Of a stretch of 64,000 nucleotides of DNA, positions 19,961-29,653 are shown one piece after another. The stretch's first letter is position 1, and every line of letters begins with the position of its first letter. The translations under genes were made by a program, and so were the position numbers. The DNA is from an uncultured archaeon. GTDB taxonomy: Archaea; Aenigmatarchaeota; Aenigmatarchaeia; QMZP01; JACQNV01. Below the pieces are notes generated by a model, which saw only the letters and a list, made by a program, of their open reading frames with translations, was not told where the DNA came from and did not search any database. The stretch lies in contig CAZVWU010000006.1 in assembly GCA_964631205.1 (NCBI GenBank), positions 4,955 through 68,954 on the forward strand, in the 5' to 3' direction.

Positions 19961-21022
19961 ATGAAAGCGTACATAGCGACCTGCATGATCGGCGTGTTTG
20001 CATTTGATGAGAAAAAGAACATGCTTACTTATAGGTTTTTCCCTAAAATCCCTGAGGAGATTGCTGAGGCACTCGATTCCGAGAAACTCTGCCCTGAAGA
20101 AAAGCAGGTAATAAAGGACCTTATTAATTCAGGATATACGCAGGCAGTGCTGAATAAAAAAGCAGACTACGAGGGCATAGAACTTATTTTTGAAAAGGAA
20201 AATATCGCTTCAGACATCTTAAAGGAAGGGATGAGAAAGTTTGCAACAGACCTTGGGTTTGTAGAATCCCAGCAAGAACTGAATGAGCTTCTTTCAAAAA
20301 TAAATATTGCGATAAACCAGGCAAAACTCCAGAAGCCGAAAAAAGACAAAATTCTCATGGGCGTTATCGGGATAATAGACGAACTGGATAAAACAACAAA
20401 CACTTTTGTAGAGAGAGTAAGGGAATGGTATGGGCTTCACTCCCCTGAAATTGTGAGGGCTATACCTTCAAATGAAAAGTTTGTAGAGCTGGTTTCAAAG
20501 TATGGCCACAGGGACCAGATAAAAGATGAGAAAGTCAAAGTTAAATCGGCTTCTGGGATGGATTTCGAAGACACGGATATAGAAGCAATAAAAACGATTT
20601 CAAAATCAGTTGAAAGCATGTACGAGGCTAGAAAAAAACTTGAAAAATATCTGGAATCTGTTGCAAAAGAGGTTATACCAAATACATCTGCGGTTGCTGG
20701 CCCTTTGCTTGCATCAAGACTTCTACAATTGGCTGGTGGTCTTGAAAAACTGTCAAGGATGCCTTCTTCAACAGTCCAATTACTGGGAGCTGAGAAGGCC
20801 TTGTTCAGGCATCTGAAGCAAGGTGGAAAGCCTCCTAAATTCGGTGTTTTATTTGCACATCCATACATACAAAATGCGAAGCAAGAGTTTAGGGGAAAAG
20901 TTGCAAGGCTGATTGCCGCAAAAATAACAATTGCAGCAAGGGTTGACATGTATTCTCAGAGGGACGACGGCGAGAAGATGAAAAACGAATTGGAGGAGGA
21001 AGTTAAAAAGGCTACAGGTTAA
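19961..21022 (+). CDS. nop5: Box C/D sRNP protein Nop5/Nop56/58
   Basis: RVREWYGLHSPE, PSSTVQLLGAEKALFRHL, PPKFG. Confidence 0.93.
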   Translation: MKAYIATCMIGVFAFDEKKNMLTYRFFPKIPEEIAEALDSEKLCPEEKQVIKDLINSGYTQAVLNKKADYEGIELIFEKENIASDILKEGMRKFATDLGFVESQQELNELLSKINIAINQAKLQKPKKDKILMGVIGIIDELDKTTNTFVERVREWYGLHSPEIVRAIPSNEKFVELVSKYGHRDQIKDEKVKVKSASGMDFEDTDIEAIKTISKSVESMYEARKKLEKYLESVAKEVIPNTSAVAGPLLASRLLQLAGGLEKLSRMPSSTVQLLGAEKALFRHLKQGGKPPKFGVLFAHPYIQNAKQEFRGKVARLIAAKITIAARVDMYSQRDDGEKMKNELEEEVKKATG

Positions 21023-21638
21023 CACTGCTGACAGTTAAACTTTTCCCTGACTTTTTTAATTTCCAGCTTCCGAAAACAACAAGCAGGATGCCTATTGTAA
21101 TAATCATAATAGATATTAAAGGTAAATCGATTTTTTTGATTTTTAATTCCTCTATTTTGGTCGCTTCAGGCAAACCGGCTTGTGGAATTATTTGGGAACT
21201 TGTTAAAACCTCTTCTGGACTTGTTGGCTTGGCGACAGCTTGCTGTACTTCTGAAATCTGTTTTTGTTCAACTATAGTCTCTGTTCCAGGAGAAGTTAAT
21301 TGTGTTTGAAAGCCGGAAGTCAAATAATAAGAAAATCCCCCGATTATAAAAATTAATCCTATTCCCAAAGTTAATAAAATATTCACTGGGTATCTGGGCT
21401 GGACAATATTGGATCCTTTTGCTGACAGTTCATAATATATCCACTTGTGCCCAGTGTCTTTTTTCTGCACCAATCCCACACTTTCAAGATTCTTCAGGTG
21501 TTCTGCAATGGTGGAAGGGGCGAGATTTAATTCTTTGGCCAGCTCCGCAGGCATTTTCCTTCTGGATTTCAGGCTCTTCAATATATCTATTCTAGTGTCA
21601 GCTGACAGCGCCCTTATTGTCTGCTTATCTAACTCCAT
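21012..21638 (-). CDS. ArsR-type wHTH regulator with two TM segments
   Basis: ALSADTRIDILKSL...STIAEHLKNL..GLV...WIYYEL followed by hydrophobic helices. Confidence 0.8.
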   Translation of the reverse strand: MELDKQTIRALSADTRIDILKSLKSRRKMPAELAKELNLAPSTIAEHLKNLESVGLVQKKDTGHKWIYYELSAKGSNIVQPRYPVNILLTLGIGLIFIIGGFSYYLTSGFQTQLTSPGTETIVEQKQISEVQQAVAKPTSPEEVLTSSQIIPQAGLPEATKIEELKIKKIDLPLISIMIITIGILLVVFGSWKLKKSGKSLTVSSVNL

Positions 21639-21742
21639 AAACTAAATTCTATTTGATTGATTAATATACTATTCCTGTTTGTTTCGGCCAAAACCTAACA
21701 AAAACTGCCCTTTTTAATATGCAGGATAGGCAAAGTATAAGC

Positions 21743-23956
21743 ATGAAAATGAAACTCGCGTCTTTGCTTGTAATAGCAGTGATATTGGTTAGCGGTTGCG
21801 CAATTAAACCGAATAAGCCTTCAGTATCGCCTAGCCCGACACCAGACCAGCCCAAAGTCCAGCTTGCTGATCTGAAGAAATTTTCTTCTGTGGATGAAAT
21901 TAAAAGTTTTATAAAAAACAATACAGTTGATTATTATGGGTATGAAGGAGGTTTTGGGGTAAAGGGCTCTGTGATGCCCCTTGCCGCGACAACCGGTGTT
22001 GCAGAAAGCGCAGCTGATGCTAGCAAAACATCTTCTGTTCCAGATTACTCTAAAACAAATATACAAGTAGAGGGCGTTGACGAGCCTGATATTGTAAAAA
22101 CAGACGGCAAGTATATATACACAGTTTCTGGTGGCAAGACAATAAATATAGTTCAGACTTATCCACCTGAAAATGGAAGGTTATTAGCTACTATAGAAGT
22201 AAATGGAACAGTAAAAGAGATTTTTGTGAATAAAGATAGATTGATTGTTTTTGGAAAGGAGGACAAGAATACGCAACTTGTTCCAGAAGTTATACCAGAA
22301 AAGGTTGTGGAATCTACACCTCAAAAAATTGCTGTTCCTGTCGCAGGTTTTGCTGCAAAAGAAATGATGATGCCTCAATACTATTCACAAAAACAATTCG
22401 TGAGGGTTTATGATTTGGTAGATAAGGAAAAACCTGTTTTGAAAAAGAGTGTAGAATTGGAAGGGAATTATTTTGATTCCAGAATGATTGGGAACTGGAT
22501 TTATTTTATTGTAAATACCAGAATTTATGGGGAGGATACTGTGCTTCCGCTAGCTGACCAGAAAGAGGTTTACTACATGGATATTCCTTCAGATTCCTAT
22601 ATGCTCACTCTTGTGGGGGCTTTGAACACAGAGAGCGAGGAATTCACATCAAAAATATTCCTGATACCTTCAACTCAAAGCATCTTCGCCTCTTTGGATA
22701 ATATTTACATAACACATAGAAAATTCCAGACCTATAAAGAAAGTTTGGAAGAAGATGTGGAGGTTTTGCTGTCTGCTGTCCCTGAAAATCTAGGAAATGA
22801 AATAAAAACCATAATGCAAGGCAATTCGACAGACCAGGAAAAAAGGGTTTCTATAAATCATTTAATGGTTGATTTTCATCAGAATAGATCAAGAGAACAG
22901 ACAGAAGAATTTTGGAATAAAAGTGGAGAAAAACGGAATGAGCTAAGTAATAAGAGGGAAAAAACTGCTGTCTACAAAATCTCTGTAAAAGACAGTGAAA
23001 TAGTCTTAACAGCTAAAGGAGAAGTTCCCGGAAGAGTTTTGAATCAGTTTTCCATGGATGAGTTTAATGGGAACTTCAGGATAGCCACAACAACACGGCA
23101 TCCTTGGGACAAATCTCCCAGAAATCATGTATACGTTTTGGATGGCGGCCTTAAGGTTATCGGCAAATTAGAAGACCTTGCTCCCGGAGAATCCATATTC
23201 TCTGCAAGGTTCATTGGCGAGAGAGCTTATCTTGTCACATTCAAAAAGGTTGACCCTTTGTTTGTAATAGATTTAAAGGATCCTACAAACCCTAGAGTTC
23301 TGGGCAAATTAAAAATACCCGGATTTTCAGATTATCTTCATCCTTATGACCAGAACCACATAATCGGTATAGGAAAAGAAGCAGTAGAATCTAAAGAAGG
23401 AGATTTTGCATGGTATCAGGGGGTCAAGCTCGCCTTATTTGATGTATCTGATCCAGAAAATCCAAAAGAACTTTCAAAGTTTGTGATCGGAGACAGGGGA
23501 ACAGATTCTTATGCTTTAAAGGATCACAAGGCCTTCTTGTTCAGCAAGGAGAAAAATTTGTTGGTACTTCCAGTCCTGCTTGCTGAGATAAAGGATAAAA
23601 CACAAACAACTGCTGGCTTCGAGAGTAGTGATAATGATAAAACACAGATAACTGTTGGTGACTTCCAGTATGGAGAATACACATTCCAGGGAGCCTATAT
23701 ATTTGAACTAACAAAAGAAAAAGGCTTTGTATTTAAAGGAAGAATAACCCATGTCGCAGATCCAGAAATCTTCAAAAAAAGCGGCTACTATTATTATGGA
23801 TCTGGCGACTCTGTTAAAAGATCCTTATATATCGGGGATTTCCTTTACACAATCTCAGACAAGTTTTTGAAAGCCAACAAACTTTCAGACCTTTCTGAAG
23901 TAAAGGCAATCGAACTGCCATACGAGGAAGGGGCGGGATTACTGGAGAAACGTTAG
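21743..23956 (+). CDS. Secreted beta-propeller domain lipoprotein
   Basis: Lipobox VSGC, YSKTNIQVEGVDEPDIVKTDG, NQFSMDE, DPLFVIDL, LKIPGFSDYLHP. Confidence 0.85.
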   Translation: MKMKLASLLVIAVILVSGCAIKPNKPSVSPSPTPDQPKVQLADLKKFSSVDEIKSFIKNNTVDYYGYEGGFGVKGSVMPLAATTGVAESAADASKTSSVPDYSKTNIQVEGVDEPDIVKTDGKYIYTVSGGKTINIVQTYPPENGRLLATIEVNGTVKEIFVNKDRLIVFGKEDKNTQLVPEVIPEKVVESTPQKIAVPVAGFAAKEMMMPQYYSQKQFVRVYDLVDKEKPVLKKSVELEGNYFDSRMIGNWIYFIVNTRIYGEDTVLPLADQKEVYYMDIPSDSYMLTLVGALNTESEEFTSKIFLIPSTQSIFASLDNIYITHRKFQTYKESLEEDVEVLLSAVPENLGNEIKTIMQGNSTDQEKRVSINHLMVDFHQNRSREQTEEFWNKSGEKRNELSNKREKTAVYKISVKDSEIVLTAKGEVPGRVLNQFSMDEFNGNFRIATTTRHPWDKSPRNHVYVLDGGLKVIGKLEDLAPGESIFSARFIGERAYLVTFKKVDPLFVIDLKDPTNPRVLGKLKIPGFSDYLHPYDQNHIIGIGKEAVESKEGDFAWYQGVKLALFDVSDPENPKELSKFVIGDRGTDSYALKDHKAFLFSKEKNLLVLPVLLAEIKDKTQTTAGFESSDNDKTQITVGDFQYGEYTFQGAYIFELTKEKGFVFKGRITHVADPEIFKKSGYYYYGSGDSVKRSLYIGDFLYTISDKFLKANKLSDLSEVKAIELPYEEGAGLLEKR

Positions 23957-24033
23957 ATGATTCCAGAAAGTGTGGCCGCAGAAGGCTCTATAACAGGCGA
24001 CTGATATTTAATTCTTCTTTCTTCTATATTCAT

Positions 24034-24687
24034 ATGCAAGAAATTTTCCCTGGCCTATTCAGAGAAGGCAAGAAGCTGCTTACAGAAAACCTTGTTCCCG
24101 GAAAAACCCAGTATGCAAAAAGCGTGATCAGGAAAGGCGGCAAAGAGTACAGAGAATGGGACCCTTATCATTCCAAGATGGCTGCTGCTGTTGCAAAGGG
24201 GTTGAAAAACTTTCCAATTAAAAAAGGATTAAAAATCCTTTACCTCGGCATAGCAAGCGGACAGACTGCATCCTTTTTCTCGGATATAATTGGAAAAGAT
24301 GGAATAATTTATGGAGTCGAGATCTCCGAAAGGTGCATGCAGGACCTTAACCCAGTGGCTGCAGACAGGAAAAATATCGTCCCTATACTTGCGAATGCAA
24401 AACTGCCTGAACAATATGGCTGGATAGAAAAAGTGGATGTAGTTTATCAGGATGTCGCGTCAGATGACCAGTCTGAAGTCCTTATAAGAAACTGTGAAAA
24501 ATTCCTGAAGCCTGATGGCTTTGCGGTAATGGTGATAAAAGCAAGGTCAATCGATGTTGTGAAGGATCCGAGAGAAGTGTATAAGCAGGAGTTAAAAAAA
24601 CTGGAAAAATATTTTAAAATCCTTGAAAGAATTGAACTACAGCCTTTTGAAAAAGACCATATGTTTTTGGTTATGAAATTTAGATGA
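24034..24687 (+). CDS. flpA: Fibrillarin-like rRNA/tRNA 2'-O-methyltransferase
   Basis: YREWDPYHSK, LYLGIASG, YGVE, YQDVA, KARSID. Confidence 0.93.
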   Translation: MQEIFPGLFREGKKLLTENLVPGKTQYAKSVIRKGGKEYREWDPYHSKMAAAVAKGLKNFPIKKGLKILYLGIASGQTASFFSDIIGKDGIIYGVEISERCMQDLNPVAADRKNIVPILANAKLPEQYGWIEKVDVVYQDVASDDQSEVLIRNCEKFLKPDGFAVMVIKARSIDVVKDPREVYKQELKKLEKYFKILERIELQPFEKDHMFLVMKFR

Positions 24688-24689
24688 AT

Positions 24690-25760
24690 TTACTGGACTA
24701 ATTTTGTCAATCTTTCCTTGAATTTTTCCCAGTCTTCTACAAAAGCGCCTGCTGCCTGAGGATGGCCGCCGCCGTATCCAATCCCTTCAACTGATTTTTT
24801 TACGGCCTCGGCCAAATTTAATTTTTTGCCTGCAATGTTCTTGGGGCTCCTTGCAGAGATTTTCCAGCCATCGGAAACATGCTTGCTTATTACAACTATT
24901 TTGTCTTCGTATTTTCTTGACAATATATTGGAAATGATCGAAGCAAGGTTTAATTTTGATTTTATTTCAAAAAACAAAATTCCATCCAGGATTTCTTTTT
25001 TGTCTTCCGAGTCTTTTACAACCTTTTCTATTTCCTTGTCAACTTTCTGCCTCCATCCATTAAGCGTTTTGTTCTCGCTGAAATCCTCGAATTTGCCGGC
25101 TTTCACCAGCGCATCAAGAACTTTCTTCACCCCATATTCGCCTTTCAATATTATTCCAGAATATATTGTTTTTGCCGAATCGCCTATTGTGGAGTCTATC
25201 AGTTCTTTGGAGTCGAGGAGCCCTGGATACATCTTTTTGCATGCTTCAATAAATTCCGGGTTGTCTTTTTGACCGTAATCGCTTATCACGCCTATGCAGG
25301 CTAGCCATGAATCTTTTTTGTTTTCAAGGCCAAAATAGGAAAGGATGTCAAAAACCATAAGGCTGGCCGGGATGTAGATTTCAGGATCCTGGAATCTTGG
25401 GTTTATGTGGACCATCCCTTTTTTTGAAAGATCGTTTTGTATCATGTGGTGATCTACAATGAAAAATTTTGTTTCAGGCAGAATGTCTTTCAGTTTTTCA
25501 AGCCTGTCCGCATGCTCATCTACGCCAACATCAACAAAAATAATCAGCTCTGGCTTCAGTACTTTTAATTCGCTCATTAAGTCGTCTGGAATAAAAGGGT
25601 CTTTTATTGAAAATGTCCTGAAATCAGGATAAAATTTCAGGAACTGTGCTGCGCAGCAGGAGCCATCCACATCGCGGTGCTGCACAAGAACTTTGTTTTG
25701 CGATTTCAGCAATTGTTTTAATTCGCCCAATTCTTTTTTGTAAAAATCTATCCAATTCAT
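24690..25760 (-). CDS. DHH/DHHA1 phosphoesterase (RecJ-like)
   Basis: HRDVDG, VDHH, ISAR, GGGHPQAAGA. Confidence 0.88.
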   Translation of the reverse strand: MNWIDFYKKELGELKQLLKSQNKVLVQHRDVDGSCCAAQFLKFYPDFRTFSIKDPFIPDDLMSELKVLKPELIIFVDVGVDEHADRLEKLKDILPETKFFIVDHHMIQNDLSKKGMVHINPRFQDPEIYIPASLMVFDILSYFGLENKKDSWLACIGVISDYGQKDNPEFIEACKKMYPGLLDSKELIDSTIGDSAKTIYSGIILKGEYGVKKVLDALVKAGKFEDFSENKTLNGWRQKVDKEIEKVVKDSEDKKEILDGILFFEIKSKLNLASIISNILSRKYEDKIVVISKHVSDGWKISARSPKNIAGKKLNLAEAVKKSVEGIGYGGGHPQAAGAFVEDWEKFKERLTKLVQ

Positions 25761-25774
25761 TTCAAATATTAAAC

Positions 25775-28627
25775 CTATATCTTAATAAAGCCTATTTCAA
25801 CCCTCTTTCCTTCAAATTCCAGCTCGCCTTTTTTGGCCCTGATTTCTTTCAATAGAATTTGTTTAGCGCCTACAGCAGCCAAAAGCTCTTTTTCAAATTT
25901 CTTGAGTATTTCAAGCGTGGCTTTATCGGAATTAAACTGAGCTTCTATTGCATCGCGAACCTGAAGGTTGTTTTGTTTTCTCAGTTCTTGGACCTTCCTT
26001 GTAAGCTCTCTTATCATTGCTTCGTCTTTTAAAATTGAACCCAGTTTGATTTTCCCCCATTCAAATTCTTTGCCATCTTTTAACTCTCTAACAAAATTTA
26101 CTTCCCTGGCATTGCTGAGGGTTTTTATTATCTCAACTGCAGTATCCGTCTCCGTAGACTCTTTGAGCGATATGGAAACGTCGGCCAGAGGCCATCTTAT
26201 GGGAATTTTCAAGTCCTGCCTGCACGAGTTAACGCCTTCCACAATTTTTCTTGCAAAATCTACTTGTCCTTCTAATTTTGCATCGATTTTTTTGTTGTCT
26301 GGCCTAGGCCATTTGAAAAGATGTATGCTTTCCTCTTTCTCGAATTTTTTAAAGAAATCCTGGTATATATGCTCTGTTATGAAAGGTGCAAAAGGCGCAA
26401 GCATTTTAAGGGTCTCCAGCATCCCTGAATACAAAGATTGCAAAACCTCATTTTTATCCTGATCTGAATAGGCCATCTTCATTTTGCCCCTTATGAGATG
26501 CACATAGAATCTTGAAAAATCATTCAGGAAAAAATTTTCTAAACTCTCGGCTGCCTTATGCGGCTGGAGCGAATCCATTTTTTCTGCCACAGATTTCTTG
26601 ACTGATTCTATCCTTGAAAAAAACCATTTTGCCAGTACATCCCTGCTCTCCACTTTCTTTTTCCTGAAATTATTTGCTTCTAGGTATGTCTTCACGTAGT
26701 TTGCCAGATGTTGGAGTATATCTATTTTTTTCCTGGCTTCATCAGCGATGCCAAAGCCAAATCTTAAATTGTATTGGGGATTTTGGGAAGCATAGACCCA
26801 TCGCATTACGTCCGCGCCCATTTTTTCAACTGCATCATCAAACCATATGGCATTGCCAGCGCTCTTGTGCATTGGCTTGCCTTTTTCATCCCTGACCTCT
26901 TCGTAAGCAAGAACAGATTTATATGGGGATTTGTTTTCTAATGTTACCGACATGAAGAGCATTGAATAAAACCACAATCTGACTTGCGCCCTCATCTCGC
27001 AGATAAAATCTGCTGGATACCATTTTTCCCAATATCCCCTGTCTTCTAAATATTTTAATGTTGAAAATGGAACTATTCCGGCATCCAGCCAGCAATCCCC
27101 TACATCTGGTATCCTATTCACTTCTGCATGGCATTTGATGCATAATATTTTTATTTTATCTACCCATGGCCTGTGTAGTTCAGGGAGCTTATCAACTTCT
27201 CCAGGGTTTTTGGCTTTTTGTTTTAGCTCTTCAATGGACCCTATAATATCCACGTGTCCGCAAGCACACTCAAAAAACATTAGAGGTAGGCCCCAGAATC
27301 TTTTTCTGCTTATGCACCAGTCTGCCATGTTATCCAGCCAGTCCTGCATCAGCTTGCCAACATGCTCTGGATACCAGTCAACTGTTTTTGCGGCCTTCTT
27401 CATTTTTGGCCTTATTTCCTCTGCTGATATAAACCATTCAGAAACCAGCCTGAATACCAATTCATGCTTGCACCTCCAGCAAACAGGATACCTGTGCGTG
27501 TAGTTTTCTGTCTTATACAAGATATTCCTGTTTTTAAGATCGTCTATTATTTTTTCAGCCACGTTCCTAACATTTTGTCCAGTGAGCCAGTCAAACCCCT
27601 CAATATAATTCCCAGATTCGTCCAGCGGAGCTATCTCAGCTAATTTTTGTTTTTTTCCAAGTTCGTTGTCCTCTTGCCCGCAGCCTGGCGCAATGTGCAC
27701 AATTCCAGTCCCTTCAGCATCCCCTACAGCATCCCACATAATGACTTTATGGGCGATATTTTTTTGCGCTGGCAAATGATCATAAGGGCCTGTATACTCA
27801 AGCCCTATTAGATCTTTTCCTGTTATCTCTTGGAGAATGGAATAACCCTCTTTTAAGACTTTAGCAGATCCTTTTGAAAGATAATATATCTCTTCTCCCT
27901 GTTTGACTTTGACATAAGTGAGTTCTGGATGCACAGCCGCAGCCACATTGGAAGTCAAGGTCCATCCTGTAGTTGTCCATACCAGAAGGTATTCTTTTTC
28001 TCTACCGCGTATTGGAAATTTGGCAAAAATTCCTGGGTGGGTAAGCTCTTTCCATCCCTCATCGCTCTGCTCGTGGTTGGATAATGAAGTCCCGCATCGT
28101 ATGCACCAAGGCATTACTTTTGTGCCTTTGTACAGCCAACCGTTTTCATGGCATTTTTTCAGAAAGTGCCAGATATATTTTATATTCGTGTCAGAAAAAG
28201 TATAGTAGCTGTTTTCCCAGTCCATCCATTGGCCTAATCTTATAGACTGGCTTGTCTGGATCTTGGAGAATTTATCCACTCTCACCCTGCAGGCTTTGGA
28301 GAATTTATCCAGGCCAAAGTTCAGGATATCTTTCTTGGAATTAAATCCGAGATCCTTTTCAACCTCCACTTCCACCCACAAGCCCTGGCAATCAAAGCCG
28401 TTCTGGAATCTCTGGTCAAAACCCTGCATTGCCTTGAATCTCTGATAAATGTCTTTATAGGTTCTGCCCCAAGCATGGTGGACGCCCATTGGGTTGTTTG
28501 CGGTTATCGGCCCGTCCAGGAAAAACCATTTCCTTTTTCCTTTATTTCTTTCCCTAAGTTTATCAAAGATATTATTTCTTTCCCAGTATTCCAATACTTT
28601 TTTCTCAATTCCCTCTGCATTGTACAT
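25775..28627 (-). CDS. ileS: Isoleucine--tRNA ligase (type 2; GVHH and PMHKS signatures)
   Basis: DGPITAN, WTTT editing motif, GTGIVHIAPG, DWCISR, C-terminal anticodon domain. Confidence 0.92.
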   Translation of the reverse strand: MYNAEGIEKKVLEYWERNNIFDKLRERNKGKRKWFFLDGPITANNPMGVHHAWGRTYKDIYQRFKAMQGFDQRFQNGFDCQGLWVEVEVEKDLGFNSKKDILNFGLDKFSKACRVRVDKFSKIQTSQSIRLGQWMDWENSYYTFSDTNIKYIWHFLKKCHENGWLYKGTKVMPWCIRCGTSLSNHEQSDEGWKELTHPGIFAKFPIRGREKEYLLVWTTTGWTLTSNVAAAVHPELTYVKVKQGEEIYYLSKGSAKVLKEGYSILQEITGKDLIGLEYTGPYDHLPAQKNIAHKVIMWDAVGDAEGTGIVHIAPGCGQEDNELGKKQKLAEIAPLDESGNYIEGFDWLTGQNVRNVAEKIIDDLKNRNILYKTENYTHRYPVCWRCKHELVFRLVSEWFISAEEIRPKMKKAAKTVDWYPEHVGKLMQDWLDNMADWCISRKRFWGLPLMFFECACGHVDIIGSIEELKQKAKNPGEVDKLPELHRPWVDKIKILCIKCHAEVNRIPDVGDCWLDAGIVPFSTLKYLEDRGYWEKWYPADFICEMRAQVRLWFYSMLFMSVTLENKSPYKSVLAYEEVRDEKGKPMHKSAGNAIWFDDAVEKMGADVMRWVYASQNPQYNLRFGFGIADEARKKIDILQHLANYVKTYLEANNFRKKKVESRDVLAKWFFSRIESVKKSVAEKMDSLQPHKAAESLENFFLNDFSRFYVHLIRGKMKMAYSDQDKNEVLQSLYSGMLETLKMLAPFAPFITEHIYQDFFKKFEKEESIHLFKWPRPDNKKIDAKLEGQVDFARKIVEGVNSCRQDLKIPIRWPLADVSISLKESTETDTAVEIIKTLSNAREVNFVRELKDGKEFEWGKIKLGSILKDEAMIRELTRKVQELRKQNNLQVRDAIEAQFNSDKATLEILKKFEKELLAAVGAKQILLKEIRAKKGELEFEGKRVEIGFIKI

Positions 28628-28693
28628 AAAATTAATAGAATTAGTATGTCTATTGATTATTTAAATAAAAGGCTGGATACCAAATATATCGCT

Positions 28694-29296
28694 ATGAAAA
28701 AGTCAAAGGTTCTCCTTGATGTCCCGCATGTCCAGCAGATATCCGCTAATACATCTCTAGCGGCATGCGCCGAGATGGTTCTGCGGCATAATGGGACTGA
28801 GCTTAGCCAGAGGGAGATCTACCAAACAGCGAAATCCGGGGATAGGGGGCCTGCCACAGATGTCGGCATTTCCCTTGCAGTAAAGGATCTCGGATATAAA
28901 GTCGTCAGCTGGTGGGATGAGAACAAGAATGCCCCAGATGGGTGGGCGGACATGATGCAGAATTTTTATTGGCCGATTTACTGGAGGGCTGTGCAGCTTG
29001 GTGTGCTTGAAAAAAAGGAGGACGCAGATCTATTTTTGATAAAGGAGATGATAGATAAAGGTCTGCCTGTTATTGTTGAGGTGGATAGCGGAAAGCTGCA
29101 TAATAAGAAAACTTCCCTGAACCATGCTATAGTTATTAAAGGCTACAGCAGAACGCACTTTACTTACAATGATCCCTACCTTGCAAATGGCGCGAACAAA
29201 AGGATGGATTTGAAGAAATTTGAAGAAATCTGGGTTGATACGCCATTTGTTAACAGGTCCATGTTTGTGATTTTGAAGAATGACAGGAGCGTTTAA
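28694..29296 (+). CDS. Peptidase C39-like protein (expected catalytic Cys appears to be Ser)
   Basis: LDVPHVQQ..TSLAACAEM, GLPVIV, HAIVIKGY, NDP. Confidence 0.7.
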   Translation: MKKSKVLLDVPHVQQISANTSLAACAEMVLRHNGTELSQREIYQTAKSGDRGPATDVGISLAVKDLGYKVVSWWDENKNAPDGWADMMQNFYWPIYWRAVQLGVLEKKEDADLFLIKEMIDKGLPVIVEVDSGKLHNKKTSLNHAIVIKGYSRTHFTYNDPYLANGANKRMDLKKFEEIWVDTPFVNRSMFVILKNDRSV

Positions 29297-29601
29297 CTTA
29301 GTATCTTTGCCTGTTTTTTATAAAAATCCAGGACTTTCTGTAGCTCATTTTTCCCTTTTTGCGTAATCCTGTAAATCTTTTTCCTGCCATCTTTTGTTTT
29401 TTCCACAAGGCCCTGATTTTTAAGCAAGTATAAAACTTTATAGCAAGTTACAGGTCCGACTTTAAAGCCAAACCTTTTTTCTATAGCTGTTCTCAAAGTA
29501 TAAGCATGTGTAGGGCTTCCTGATATTATTTTCAGAATATAAGGGTAGAGGCATTCTACAGTATTGTTAATTCTCAACCGCTCAAACCCTCCTTTAGGCA
29601 T
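29293..29601 (-). CDS. PadR-family transcriptional regulator
   Basis: YILKII..PTHAY..Y.VL..L...GLV..RKKIYRITQKG. Confidence 0.8.
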   Translation of the reverse strand: MPKGGFERLRINNTVECLYPYILKIISGSPTHAYTLRTAIEKRFGFKVGPVTCYKVLYLLKNQGLVEKTKDGRKKIYRITQKGKNELQKVLDFYKKQAKILS

Positions 29602-29653
29602 ACTATTTCCCCATGGGAAAATATATAAACTTGCTGGTATAAATATCTTAGAT

